Shown in pieces: positions 26,667 through 40,220 of a DNA stretch of 64,000 nucleotides. Below the pieces are notes generated by a model that saw only the letters and a list, made by a program, of their open reading frames with translations, had not been told where the DNA came from and made no database searches. A program made the position numbers and the translations under genes. Each line of letters opens with the position of its first letter. Within the stretch, counting starts at the first letter, position 1. The DNA comes from Octopus vulgaris. Its lineage: Eukaryota. The stretch lies in NCBI GenBank assembly GCA_951406725.2, contig OX597817.1, forward strand, positions 109,244,001 to 109,308,000. Reading direction: 5' to 3'.

Positions 26667-26864
26667 TATATATAATTTAAGGGTCAAAGTGTAGGAAGAA
26701 AGATACCTTCAAGCAATCCGTGGTAAATACTAAAAACAACTTTCAAGAATAATAGTGGTTTATTGAGACGGAAAGTTGTAATTTTTTTGGTACCGAAGCA
26801 CGATAATCTGAAAAAGAATCTTTTTATATTGAACGGTAGGCAACCATGGTTGTCGCGTAAGTGA

Positions 26865-27201
26865 ATAAGTATACAAGAATTAGGGAAGGGAATTGATAAG
26901 TTCCGAGCTAAATGTTTCATACCAAGCAGAACCCTCGTCAGACCAAGTGTATCATGATTAACATTGACGCACGAAAGTACATGGTAACACATGGAAGATT
27001 CGATCGAAGATTTTGATCGAAGCTTCCATGTGTTAACATGTACGTCCTTGCGAAAATGTAAACATTCATTCCATCAAGCCTGATGAGAAGCCTGCGTTAT
27101 ACACCCCGCTTGGATATTTACCACATCCTAGGTTCCGCTCGATGACAAACATATTTAGCCTGCATCTTATCTATTCCATTCCTTAACGCTTTTGTGCTTA
27201 T
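26865..27201. repeat. Long imperfect inverted repeat (rod-like fold-back)
   Basis: Inner stem 26954-27008/27012-27065, middle 26926-26941/27080-27095, outer ungapped 49-nt stem 26865-26913/27153-27201. Confidence 0.85.
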
Positions 27202-27372
27202 GTGTGTACACACACAAACACACAGACACACACACATATATATATATATTTATATGCACACGCAGGGAGAGAGAGAGACACACACACATGCATATATATA
27301 TACATACACACACACACATATATATATATACACACACACATATATATATATACACACACACACATACATATA

Positions 27373-28057
27373 CGAGGTCTAATCAATAAGTATCCGGACT
27401 GTTGCCATAGCAACGAAGCAAAAGCATGCAGAGTAAAGCTGCTGGGTACGGAATGACCTTTAACATGCTGTTCATGTGCACTAAGTTTCAACGTTCTAAC
27501 TCTCTTCCGCTGTTTACAGCAATGTTTGGAAGGAACGAGTGTAATACGTGATTATCGCATTCACCATGACAGAGAAAGTTGTCATGGCGACACTTACTCA
27601 GAGGCTTTCGCAAAATTGCAGAAAATGTACGAGAGGAGTATATGAGCCGCACATAATTGCACGAGGGGTTTAAACATCTTCAAGAAGGCCGAAAAAATGT
27701 TGCTATAGACGAACGTTCTGGGAGACCCGCACCCAGGAGAACTGAGAAAAACTTCGCAGATGTGCATGCAGCTGTGAGATGTAATCTCGAATCACCATCT
27801 GCGAGGTATGAGGAGATGTGCAAATGAGTCACGGTTCTGTTCGGTCCCTTATTATTTAAGATTTAGATATGAGATGCGTATCTTCCAAATTTGTACCAAT
27901 ACTGCTTTCAGCTGACCAAGAAACATTCGGGTTTCAGTTGCACAAGATTTTTCTTGATTGTATCGAGTTTGAGGTTAGTCTGTGCCAAGCAGCTCCACTG
28001 TGTGCTTTTTAGCTTCGTTACAATGGCAACAGTCCGGATACATATTTATCAGATCCC

Positions 28058-28058
<1 letters not shown>
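27373..28058 (+). mobile_element. Internally deleted mariner element (non-autonomous)
   Basis: ~47-bp imperfect TIRs (CGAGGTCTAATCAATAAGTATCCGGACTGTTGCCATAGCAACGAAGC); decayed N-terminal transposase only (..EEYMSRT..LQEGRKNVAIDERSGRP..RITI..DLDMRCVSSKFVPILLSADQ). Confidence 0.85.
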
Positions 28059-28105
<47 letters not shown>

Positions 28106-28544
28106 GAATATGAGAAATTGAATTGAAGGACATCTTTTATTTCATTTAAATAATCAGAATTGTTTACACATATAATTACCTCTGTAGTACATAGCTGAGG
28201 TGATGTGATTAATGTGATTAACGTATTCTGTAATAACTATTATTTGTCAAAAGTGTAAGGTAAGTTTCTTTGGGTGATTATACGTCGTACTGTTATTTCA
28301 CTCAGCATGAGAATGAATATTCAAAGCAGCGTGGCAATCTATTCTCAGTCCATGTGCTATTATTCAGCTATGTATATAAACTTTAGGAATAATATGGAAT
28401 TACTTTGGTGAAAACGGTAAGAAGTGCGTTGTCAATGTATAATGATAACTGGTAGCTGTGGACGAGATTTGCATAGCACACTACAAGGTTTTTACCCAAA
28501 TCTTATTTAAATATAAACAAATATGCATATATATAATGTATATA

Positions 28545-28602
<58 letters not shown>

Positions 28603-28644
28603 ATATACACATATAATCATGCAAATATATGTGTACATAAATGA

Positions 28645-28730
28645 GTCTCGGAATTTACCCCCATGGAATATAACCCTCCCCAGGACAATTATCCCTGAGG
28701 ACAACATATGATGATTTAAAACTTCTTAAT

Positions 28731-28784
<54 letters not shown>

Positions 28785-28785
28785 T

Positions 28786-28831
<46 letters not shown>

Positions 28832-28929
28832 TAAACAAGGGGGATAACTGTCCTAGTGGGTAGTTGTCGTCGGGGGAATTGTCCTATGGGAGGTAATTCT
28901 CCTAGGGGTGGGGATTATTGCCTTGATAC
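28645..28929. mobile_element. Fold-back/MITE-like element with modular subterminal repeats around a (GA)n(GT)n core
   Basis: Left arm has repeated GGACAATTAYCCC-like modules; right arm has their complements (GGGGATAACTGTCC, GGGGAATTGTCC, GGTAATTCTCC). Confidence 0.5.
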
Positions 28930-28930
28930 G

Positions 28931-28999
28931 ATATAGATAGATAGATAGATAGATAGATAGCTAGCTAGCTAGATAGATAGATAGATAGATAGATAGATT

Positions 29000-29087
<88 letters not shown>
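28931..29087. repeat. (GATA)n microsatellite
   Basis: Direct reading. Confidence 0.95.
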
Positions 29088-29222
29088 TTGGAGTAAACAA
29101 ATAAAGATAGATATTGAAGTAAACAAATAATTATACATCCCATGGGGAACAACTCCTAAATTAGAAACTCCCTAGGATTGATTTCAGGGTTACAAAAGGA
29201 TTTTGTGGCACGAAAACCTTTT

Positions 29223-29990
29223 GTGACCCTCTATTTAAAGACCACAAAACCGATTTTATGCAAAATCGTAGCAGAGATCGAAAAAGGCATTATTAGTAAA
29301 TCCGTATTAGACCACATCCTATGAGTTCTCAAACCTTGCTCAATAGTTATGTATCAATGCAACCATCGAATTGCTTAAGGAAATTAAAGATAAATCCAAA
29401 TGCAAAGTCATCCGTTTCGACATTGTAAATTTTATCCTTTCTTCACCAAAACTCTGCTCTAAAAGTTTAGTAAAGCATATGTAAGAATTTAAGCGTCACC
29501 AGTACCGATATATACATACTAATGAATAGAAAGAAACCCTTACTTTTTTACAATAATCCATATCGGGTGGAAAAGAATGGGGATGAGCAATCCGATGTCG
29601 CGATGGAGATCCGTGACGGTGCAAACATAATGAAACTGGTTTGCTTTTATATTATAGTTGTCCTTAAAAACAGAGATGAATATAACTGACATAGGATGGT
29701 GTTGGAGTTGTACATAACGGAAATGGATACAAAATGAAGATAAAAAGAAATTATGCAAGACATTTAGACAGCTTTATGTAGAATATTCAAACAGCTAAAA
29801 CTAAAAACTACAATTAACACTAATATTAAAGAAGTTATTTTTCCTGGACGTTAACCTTAGTACAGTCAGATTTAAACACTACCATAAAGCAGATGCGAAT
29901 ACTTCATACATCGGCATAAGTATCATGAGACCATATGAAGCACTTTAACAATATCGGCTATTTAAAAACTGAGAAATGGAGATGTATATT
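29223..29990 (+). pseudogene. Decayed Penelope-like (Neptune-type) reverse transcriptase
   Basis: Collinear remnants KDHKTDF..KGIISKSVLDHI..KEIKDKSKCKVIRFDIVNF..LLFYNN..DVAMEIRDGANIMKLV..FLDVNL match the PLE RT consensus (TLKDHK; ISKxILD; FDIxxFYPS; FDVTMGSxDGAExCELVG; FLDV). Not in the ORF track. Confidence 0.8.
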
Positions 29991-30424
29991 ACAGTACCAA
30001 CTGGGTGATTTGAATATCCGCAAATATCTGTAGAGTATGTATAATGACAAATAACAGAGAATATATTTGGCACACGATTTTAACACTTCTCTTACAATTG
30101 TCTCGTCATTAATGAATATACGCAAAATTTAATAATGCTGTAACCATTCCGGCAATTATATGTTATTGTTCATTTTCTATGTAAGATCTGTTTAAGAGCA
30201 CATGCTCAAAATGATTCCTCAGAATTCCATTTAAAAAAAGAAGAGGAACAAAATCTGAGAAATCATTTTCAACATGTTTTATTAAAATTAACAATATACG
30301 AAAATTAATAAATACTAGCCACGCCGGATGCAACATAATGCAAGATTTTTCATATTGGATAATAAACAGGAAATGAGTCCAAATAAAGTATACAATTGAT
30401 TTACCAGCTCCATTCATTGATATC

Positions 30425-30508
<84 letters not shown>

Positions 30509-30574
30509 GATCTAGACAGACAGTCAGGCAGGCAGACAGGCAGACAGACAAACAGACAGACAGACAAACAGACA

Positions 30575-30613
<39 letters not shown>

Positions 30614-30621
<8 letters not shown>

Positions 30622-30693
30622 ATATTTGGAATGGTCATATGCCAGTTTAGCAATAAAAACACGCACTATATATTTGGTGTTATTTGCTTCAGT
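30614..30693 (-). mobile_element. Short copy of family P1 terminus joined to (TA)n
   Basis: Matches 10575-10660 apart from five small deletions. Confidence 0.85.
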
Positions 30694-31316
30694 TTTATAA
30701 ATGCAATATATCAATATATATATATAGATAGATAGATAGATAGATAGATAGATTGAATGATACATGTTTGTATGCTCATGTGTTCAATCACGTGACACAC
30801 TCTAAACCGGAAGAACTGAAAGTTAAATAATATAATGATTTACTGTTGGTGAATTAAGGAAATTGTTTCTACTCTATTAGCATGTCCCCTCACGAAACAT
30901 TTCTGTGTATTTGAATGCCTGCCAGTGCGAACATACCCGATTTTCTCAAATCGCTAGCCTTACTTCCTGGGCAAATAGCGTGACCGTACCATGGGAGTGA
31001 CATTGGATAAATTAAATCTACATGCCTCTCAAAGAGAATGCACTGCTTTGCCACATTGCCTGGTTAACATTTAAATTACACGCAACTATCTAGAATATTC
31101 AGCCACTTCCACGTTAAATCGGGAGTAGTAAATTCACTGAATCGAAGAACTTTATTTTCGTGGCCGAACAATTGAAATCTACTACACACGAGCGTGCGCG
31201 CGCACACGCACACACACATACACGCATACACACAGACAGATAGATAGAAAGATAGATAGAGAGGTGTTCCATTATTCCTCAGTATATAAGAATCGACTTG
31301 TCTAAAAATATAAATA

Positions 31317-31680
31317 AACCACATGGTTCCGGGTTCAGTCCCACTGCGTGGCATCTTGGGCAAGTGTCTTCTGCTCGGGCCGACCAATGCCTTGTGAGTG
31401 GATTCGGTAGACGGAAACTGAAAGAAGCCTGTTGTATATATGTATATATATATGTCTGCGTGTGTGTGTGTTTGTATGTCTGTGTTTTCCCCCTAGCATT
31501 GCTTGACAACCGATGCTGGTGTGTTTACGTCCCCGTCACATAGCGGTTCGGCAAAAGAGACCGACAGAATAAGTACTGGGCTTACAAAGAATAAGTCCCG
31601 GGGTCGATTTGCTCGATTAAAGGCGGTGCTCCAGCATGGCCGCAGTCAAATGACTGAAACAAGTAAAAGAATAAAGAATA
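31317..31680 (+). mobile_element. tRNA-derived SINE family B, 5'-truncated, with internal microsatellite
   Basis: GGTTCAGTCCC B-box, CTTGGGCAAGTGTCTTC core, tail CTCCAGCATGGCCGCAGTCAAATGACTGAAACAAGTAAAAGAATA. Confidence 0.85.
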
Positions 31681-32442
31681 AAATAATAAAATCATTCTAA
31701 GGAGCATTCATTTTTTTATAACATCCTGAACATTGGTATATTAAAATTTGTGGAGGAATTTGAGATGGTTTTAATCTGTTATTAACTACCTAGGATTTGT
31801 ATCAATATTTTGCTTAGCTTACTTAATATCAGCCTACATACTATCAACTGTTATTTAATTATATATTTCTTAAACTCTCAGAAGAATATAAGCTATATTT
31901 TGTCAACTGATTTGATGAATGGATATATACTTTATTTTTTCGGTTACTCTCATTTTTTATAGAATAAAAAAAAATTAATCAAGTGTCAGTGTATGTCCCT
32001 TGACATATTTGTATTGCATGGATTACGGACGGTACCTTGTCGTTCTTAACCTCAGAAATTCTATGGAGCAGTGGTTTTCTCGTGGGAGACTTGTAATCAA
32101 GGACGCTATAGTTTACATACTGCGATGTAGAATAATAAAATAAACAATTTTAAAGAAAGATTTTACCAGTTGCGTATTTAGGCATAACATACAGGACTGT
32201 TTGGCAAATATCAGTTCCGAATATTCTTAGTCAATTTAAATATTTAAGTATAAATTTATAATTCTCATTATATCAGTATCACTATGATTCTATATAGATT
32301 TATTGGTATGTAATCTCATTATTTCTTATATATTCAGCTGATGATATTTTTTAATAAAAGCTTACAAATTCTACAAATTAACTTAGTAATAATAAGTATT
32401 TCCCATAATATTATGCGATCAAATTCTTTTTGTCATCACGAA

Positions 32443-32486
<44 letters not shown>

Positions 32487-33892
32487 CTTCTTAAAATGGA
32501 AATTGGAAATATTTCAGCTGAAATGGTATTCACAATATATGTAGCTAAAAACTGAGAAGCTAATTTGAAATCTTATTTTTTCATCATACTACTTTTCATT
32601 GTTAGAAATTTTCTATTTCAAAGACAATAATAAAGCACCATAATTTTCTATTGCTGTTGAGTTTTGAAACTTTGTAAGAATGCTCAAACTGTTCAATTAC
32701 TGTCAATTCTAATTTTTATCGTTGGTCGACTTAATAACACATTCTGTCTAATTCATGTTTTATTTACAGGATTTGTTTTATGAAATAGTTGAATGTCCTG
32801 GATTATTGACATTGTTCGAATTTACTATAGTTTTCTTAATCTATATTTCTAAATCTGATGCAACATAAGATTGATTACATCCAAGTTAATATCAGTGTTG
32901 TGGTAAAAATATTGTATATTAATTGTTTTTGAAATACAACGTTGCTCTAACAATTTGAAACATCAGGTTTTATGACAAATGTACGAACAAATAATACTAT
33001 TTAAATTTACAGAAACCCAAAATCTTCTCAGTATATTACGTTCTTCATTTATACATAGATCTCAAAGCTTGTTTACATGTTTTAGGTTTTGTATAGGTGG
33101 TGTTAGTGTGTTGTAAAGATTCTTTAGATTGTAATATCCGCTTTTGTCTGAATGTACCGGCCGATATATCGAATTATGCATGTAATTGACTATTAATTGA
33201 AGACTAAAATTTGTTTCATTTGCAGTTGTGTGTACACCCTGTGATAGATGTCAGATCTCTGCACCGTCCCTATGAATGTAACCTTCTGTAGTGATGCATA
33301 TTCTATATGTATATATAATGTCAGTGATTTTTGGCTTGGTGTTTTTATTACCCTGCATGTTATAAATTCTTCTTTACTGTATAGCCAGTTAATTCTACTT
33401 TCTGTCTTAACACATATACCGTATCAGAACAATTACTTACAGAACACTCTGTACTGTCTTAGAAACAAAGAAAATAATGTACTCTAAAATGTTAGAATTA
33501 AACTTAAAGAATTAGCGCAACTTGCGTTTCATGTCAGCGGGGATATCAAGTTAATCTGAAATAATTAAGCTACGGACGACGAAATTACCGAAATTATAGC
33601 ATTTAGCATTGAAATTTCTCAATATTGTTCTTTTACTGTAAATATAAGGAAACATATACACGTAAGATGTATTTATAAGTTTGTATGCAAGTTCATGGCA
33701 GTTCCTTAAAGAAATTAACACTGGAAATTTCAGCAATTATTAAAATATAATTCTTTTCTCTATGCAAAGGAAGTCATGAATAACTATGAGAATATCGTTA
33801 GAAAAGGTACCTTATTAACTTAAAAGAAGCATAATTAATAATGCTACATATAAGTTATGAGAAAACAATACACACACACATATTTATCTATC

Positions 33893-33950
<58 letters not shown>

Positions 33951-34132
33951 TGTATTATATTGCATTCGGAAAGGAATATATTTCGTTAAGGGAATAACAT
34001 TGCTATCTACGGAATCACACGCACACACAGACATACACGCACAAGCACATACATAGGTACAAACACGAACGTTTATGTATTCTATAAACTTTACATATGC
34101 ATATATATATATATGAGTGTGTGTGCATGGAC

Positions 34133-34171
<39 letters not shown>

Positions 34172-34659
34172 TGAATGTGTGTGTGTGCATGGGTGTATGT
34201 GTGTGAGTAAAATAAGATGTGGATTCAGAAAATCATGTTGCTATCACGGTCTCAGGTAATAGTCCACATAGTAATAAATAAAAAAAAAGACGTCTGTAAT
34301 ATAAGAAGTCCATGTAACTAAAATCCCAGTTGATCCGATTGATAAAATTATTTACTGATGAGTATATAAAACTATAAGTTTAGGAGATATGAGTCGTGGA
34401 TATATATTTTTTCAACCCCGTGAGTCCTATAAGACTACTTCCGTTTCGCCAACTTCTTCATGCAGTATTCATTTCAGTATGGGAGGAATAATGCGTACAG
34501 TTTTTGCATCAATATATAATGCTCACGATTATATAATACAACTGGGTATTCACAAAATAATGCAAATAAAGAAAACTCATACAACAGATCACCAGATCAT
34601 CACTGATACGCCAACGATACTATTCTAAATGTACACACAAAATGTACTTTTTATATATT

Positions 34660-34752
<93 letters not shown>

Positions 34753-34754
<2 letters not shown>

Positions 34755-34985
34755 AGGCGCAATGGCCCAGTGGTTAGGGCGGCGGACTCGCCGTCGTAGG
34801 ATCGCGGTTTCGATTCCCAGACCGGGCGTTGTGTGTGTGTTTATTGAGCGAAAACACGAGGCTACGGCAGGGTGTGGTGATCCCTGCTGTACTCTTTCAC
34901 CACTCTTTAGCCAGTGGGGTGTCGTCGTTCGAAGGCTAAAACAATGCGAACGCATTGTGACCAGCGATGTATAGCAACATCTGAT

Positions 34986-34993
<8 letters not shown>
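34753..34993 (+). mobile_element. tRNA(Arg)-like SINE family C
   Basis: GGAGGCGCAA-TGGCCCAGTGG-TTAGGGC..GGTTTCGATTCCC (A and B boxes); 3' end ATCACGTGAT running into (TA)n; tail shared with 58275-58392. Confidence 0.85.
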
Positions 34994-35022
<29 letters not shown>

Positions 35023-35277
35023 TTGGAGATAAAACCACTACTAGGCAAATCAAACAGTGAAAAACATAAACCAAAACATAAAAATAATTAATATAATATA
35101 CAAAATACATAAAATATAAAATTTAAAAATTAAAATTATTGATTTATATTTATAATTTTTTTATATATTTTTTTTATATATATAAATCTAGGATAAAATC
35201 TATATTTGATTTTATCAGGTAGTTAGCATGGAATCACAAGATTTATCAATGTTTATTCAGAGCAAGATAGTATGTAC

Positions 35278-35517
35278 ACAGGTCCACCTGCACGTTACAA
35301 GAAGACGTCAAATATCTCTAAACCACCTTCAGATATCGCCATAAAACTATAAACATGCGTCGTCTTCGGGGAAATAAACGAAACAGATTAATATGCTGTT
35401 TCATGAATCTGTTTTGTTTATTTGCCCGAGGATGACGCGTGTTCATTGTTTTACGGTGATATCTTAAGGTAGTTTAGAAACATTTGGCGTCTTCTTCCAA
35501 CATACCGATGGACCTGT
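35278..35517. repeat. Ungapped 112-bp imperfect inverted repeat, 16-nt loop
   Basis: Arms 35278-35389 and 35406-35517; by hand 20 mismatches (15 transitions), no indels; weaker pairing extends to ~35254/35541. Confidence 0.9.
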
Positions 35518-36759
35518 ATAAGCCCCAGCTTCTCCTGAATATATATATATATATATATGTACAGTGTACGGAGGGCCGAAACTGTACAAAATTAAATTGA
35601 TTTGGTCTATAGAAGGAATGATATATTCCTTCGTATCAAATAATTCTAAGTATTAGATAAACATTTAAGAAATTTACCACATCTAATGTAAATGATTCAG
35701 TTCAAAAAGAGGGAGCAAATCTAGACAAAGTAAAAAAAAAAGCATAAATATATATATAAATATTAGCAAAAAGTATGAACGAATTCCTAGTCAAAGCGAT
35801 TACATATTTGCATGCGGAACGAAAACAGCTTGAGATTTAAGGATTCCTCAGAAATAATAGTTGAATGGCAGGTCAAGTAAAACAACGAGATATCATTTAA
35901 CAACGGCAAAGTAAAGAAAGTATTTGAACCTTCAAGATATTTTCTCACACATTCGATGCACATTCATCAAATATGGACTGAAGTAAAACAAAAAAGAAAC
36001 ACATTCACACGAAAACACCCATAACCACTTACAAATGCATCCATATATTCGGCAGAAATGCCTTTGATCAAAACATTGGATGTTCTGAGGAGAGCGGAAC
36101 CACTTTATTGGAACCAGATTAATTGCTGTGTTCTCAGAATCAGCTTGACCCGGGGTGGCAGCACCTGATAGGGTCCCAGCATGGGCAAATAGTGAACCAG
36201 GTGGATGAAGGTCACTCATCGAGTCCTCCAAATGCATAAATAAGCGAAGGCATACGGTGACTTGAAACCCCTCTGCCAGTCAGTTTGGCTGAGGAAGTTG
36301 AGGTCCCAAAGAGTGAGACCTTCAACTTCAGAATCGAATCCAAATGTAAGAAATTCTCAGCAGATCGATATGCCGAGGCAGTATGTCATACTATGTGTGC
36401 TGCAAAAATCAAGGTCCTGGAGCAATAGTGTTGGGGTTTCAGCCTGGCAAGCCGTCGTTCGCCTTGAACAAATTAACGCCATCGGGTCATTTCAGTTCAC
36501 ACCCTTCTGCTTCTTTCTTACTTCCTAAATTTTACAAAACTCCAAAGGCGATGGGATAAGAATGCCGGTCGCAAGCACTTTGGCTGGGGCTGTGCGATGG
36601 TCGCATTCCTGTGACCGCGGCTACACAGGAATCTAGTCCTGCACCTGTGACTGGGCAGTCCTTTTTAAGTGTACTGATACCCAGCCCAAATTGGGAAGGA
36701 CTTAGAAAATATGGGCTAAACATCAGTAGTCGCATTATACTTCTGGTTTGATGAATTAC

Positions 36760-38830
36760 ACCGAAACGGGAGGCTCATCAATGCAGTCGCAACATAAGAA
36801 CTCCAGAAACAAAACCGACCCAAATCACTCGCGGTTCTTGGAATGTACGAACTCTCTTAGACTGGAAGGATACAGAATGCTCTGAATGAAGAACAGCATT
36901 TGTTTCAAGGGAAATTACCAAATTCAAAGTTGACATTGCCGCTTTAAGTGAGACCCGTCTAGTGGGTGAATAAACTGGAACTGGCAACACCTTCTTTTAG
37001 AAGAGCTGAAACCATGAAGTTTCACGCGACTATGGTGTTGGCATCTATGCAGGTACCAAGGAGACATCTGTTCCAGTTCAGTCCTCAGCAGGGGCTCTTC
37101 CTGTCAGCAGACAGCAACCACTTGACGGTGAGTAATGAGATCATTAAATTGTGAGATGAACATTTTAATGTCCCACTCAATAGGAACTCAGCCACTGCTG
37201 ATGATTTTCTAAGAAATGTTCCATGATAGCCCCACCCTTACTGAAATCCGCTTACTATGAATTTTGAAACCCGCTTAGTATGACTTACTATGACAACGGC
37301 ACCATGGAAAAGCTACAGACACAGACAAAATTCCGGCAGAGTTCCTACTATATGGCCGGCTACACCTAAAGACTTGTTCCACACTTTCATCCTACGAACG
37401 TAGGAAGTCAAACACATTCCAAATGAGTCTAAAGATGCATTGTTATAACATTTAAGAAAGAAGATCGCAACACCAAAGAAAACAACAAAGATCTCTCCTT
37501 CTCGTTTTCTGTGACCTTGGAAACGCCTACGGCAGTGTCCCTAGAGCTGGAACGTAAGCTGTCGGCCTACCAGAACCTTTTATTGCAATGGTTAGAGCAT
37601 TGTAAGATGGAAAAAAAGCACGTTGTGATTCTCCTGCCTAACACCGCAGAAGAATTCCATATCATGTGTGGTCTGAAAAAAGGGCTCTGCCATCTCACTC
37701 ACACTCCTCTAACTTTACACTGTTGCTTTGTTTCATGAAATTCCCTAAAATATCCAGGCGTAGAAATGAAGTACCGTTTGATGGAGGCCTTTTTTAAAAT
37801 CTGTCAAAACTCTACTCCCAGTGTCCCACTAGCATCATCAAAGTAAATGAAATGAAATATGGAAATGACAACGCCTCCCCTGCCCACTTATCTCAGGCTT
37901 TACATTAGCCTGCCAACAATTTCTTTATGCCATATTTCTAGTTTGGCCCAACAGTTAACAAAGGAAAAACTACAATCATCGTACAACCACCACTTGGATG
38001 TGACCCACCAAAATTTAACATCAAATTTAGCGGAACATTCATTTCCATTTTCTTGATTGTCTCATGTCAGTCCAATATATACCATCAAAGGATGAAAAAA
38101 ACAGATTCCTGGCAGTGCTACACACAGCTTTCGGGAAGCTCTCCAGTAGAATCTTTGGGAGAAGTAGTCTTACCATGCAAACCAAAATGATGATATATAA
38201 TGCTATAGTCGTGTCTACCCGGCTGTGAGGGTAGGAGATGTGAATCCTCCACCGCCATGGCCTGAAAAACCTTGAATAATCTCATCTAAAGAAATTCCGG
38301 TTGATCATGAACTTCGAATGGGAAGATCATGTTACCAGCTCTAAAGAGAGCGGGACAAATTAGCATGGAGGTTATAATCATCAAGCACGGCCTCAGATGA
38401 GCAGCTCATGTGGCTCGCAAATATATTCCTATTTGAGGAACTGAACAATGGGAGACGCCCTTGTGGACGTCCCCTATGACGTCACAAAGACCAATTGAAG
38501 GAAAGCTTGATGAGTTCTGGTATAGTGACAGCCAACGCACGCACTATTTGGCGTGGTTTGACCGAGACAGGAGTATCACGCTTTGAAGAAAAAAAAACAG
38601 AAGAACGGACATCGAAATGAAACGACAGCAGTAAACAACAGCAGTGTAGACACAGGAAAGACACAATGTAGGAAAGACAGAGTAATACAACCCCAACCAG
38701 CATTAGCAATCCCAAGCAATTCTTGTAATGTGGTTTTAGAGTAAGAATTGGGCGTATTATGTAGCTCATCATCTCCTAAAGCACAAATGACCCCACCATC
38801 ACTCTTAACTGAAATGTGCTAAATACTCAG
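36760..38830 (+). mobile_element. Decayed RTE-clade LINE (APE endonuclease to C-terminus, internally deleted)
   Basis: GSWNVRTLLD..RTAFVSREITKFKVDIAALSETRL (APE), PGKATDTDKIPAE (RT start), LFEELNNGRRPCGRP..HKDQLKESL (C-terminus). Confidence 0.85.
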
Positions 38831-38947
38831 AAGCCAGTCCTTGACGAACAATATGTTTAGGTATGTATATATGCAATACAAACACAGACACACTAAAATT
38901 CACATGCACATACATGTATATAATAGTAATGACAAAAATTGAAATAA

Positions 38948-38970
38948 ATAATAATAATAATAATAATAAC

Positions 38971-39048
<78 letters not shown>
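38948..39048. repeat. (AAT)n microsatellite
   Basis: Direct reading. Confidence 0.95.
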
Positions 39049-39049
<1 letters not shown>

Positions 39050-39601
39050 GATGTCCTGATGCAGTATCAGGCAGTGACTCTCATGGCTTCTGATCTCAGG
39101 AAGTGTTATCATGTACGTACTTTTGTCTTGGTATAAAAGATGGGCTACAACAAATGTTCTGTTCAATACCACAGTTTTGCTTGTTAGTTGCTTGACCTTA
39201 AACAGTTGAGTAGGTCTCGTAGTGACTGACGTTATGTGCATCTCTGATCACCAGCAGAAGTAGTGGAGGAACATCATAGCCATATGTTGAGAGGAAATCT
39301 TTGGGTTTGGATAATTCACCTTTGGAAACATGGGTGTTTTGTTCAACATCCTTAAACAACCCTCATTCAGTGACCTTTAGAGCGGGATGGGCTACTCAAC
39401 CTGAAGAACATTCTAACTGGACCCCACCTGCAAGTTCATGTGCTGTTTATCTTGATGTGAGATCACTATGCCATGCACATGTGATTGTGATGCATGTGCC
39501 TGGTTTACCCTTATCACATAGGTAGTCATGATGGTTATATGGGGCTTCGTATATTTTACCCCAGTGTTACTTTGATGGCATGCACTGCTCTTTCACTCAG
39601 T
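39049..39601. mobile_element. ~550-bp apparently non-coding element flanked on both sides by (AAT)n
   Basis: Sharp boundaries within AAT arrays, higher GC than flanks, no recognisable protein motif. Confidence 0.5.
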
Positions 39602-39613
39602 AATAATGATGAT

Positions 39614-39677
<64 letters not shown>

Positions 39678-39718
39678 TATAATAATAATAATAATAATAA
39701 TAAATTATTATAATAATG

Positions 39719-39806
<88 letters not shown>

Positions 39807-39828
39807 CAACAATAATTATAATAATAAT
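39602..39828. repeat. (AAT)n microsatellite
   Basis: Direct reading. Confidence 0.95.
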
Positions 39829-40143
39829 AGCAAATTTCAAAATACAATGATCTGATAAACAGAGGTAACTCGAAAGTGGAGCCTAAAAACAGAAACAATT
39901 CCTATTATAGTGGGCGCATTGGGAATGATAAAAAACCTTAAGACAAATACATAACAAAAACACCAGGAAGTTCAAGTATATATAACATACAGTAAATAGC
40001 ACTACTAGGCATCGTAAACATCCTACGTAAAACACTTTCAATACAGTAAAAATAAGAGCATCACAACTAACCTCAGCACATACACAAGGCACACGGAGCG
40101 GGACTCACTATCATAGTGAAAGCATATGACAAAAATGAGACTA

Positions 40144-40147
<4 letters not shown>
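39829..40147 (+). mobile_element. R4/Dong-clade LINE 3' end (5'-truncated) inside (AAT)n
   Basis: KYNDL..EVTRKWSLKTETIPIIVGALGMIK..YNIQ*IALLGIVNILRKTLSIQ* (RLE C-terminus) plus short 3' UTR, flanked by AAT repeats. Confidence 0.85.

Positions 40148-40220
<73 letters not shown>

Noticed and set aside
34753-34830. Possible tRNA-Arg gene
   Set aside because: Acceptor stem does not close properly and it continues into a SINE body and tail shared with 58275-58392.
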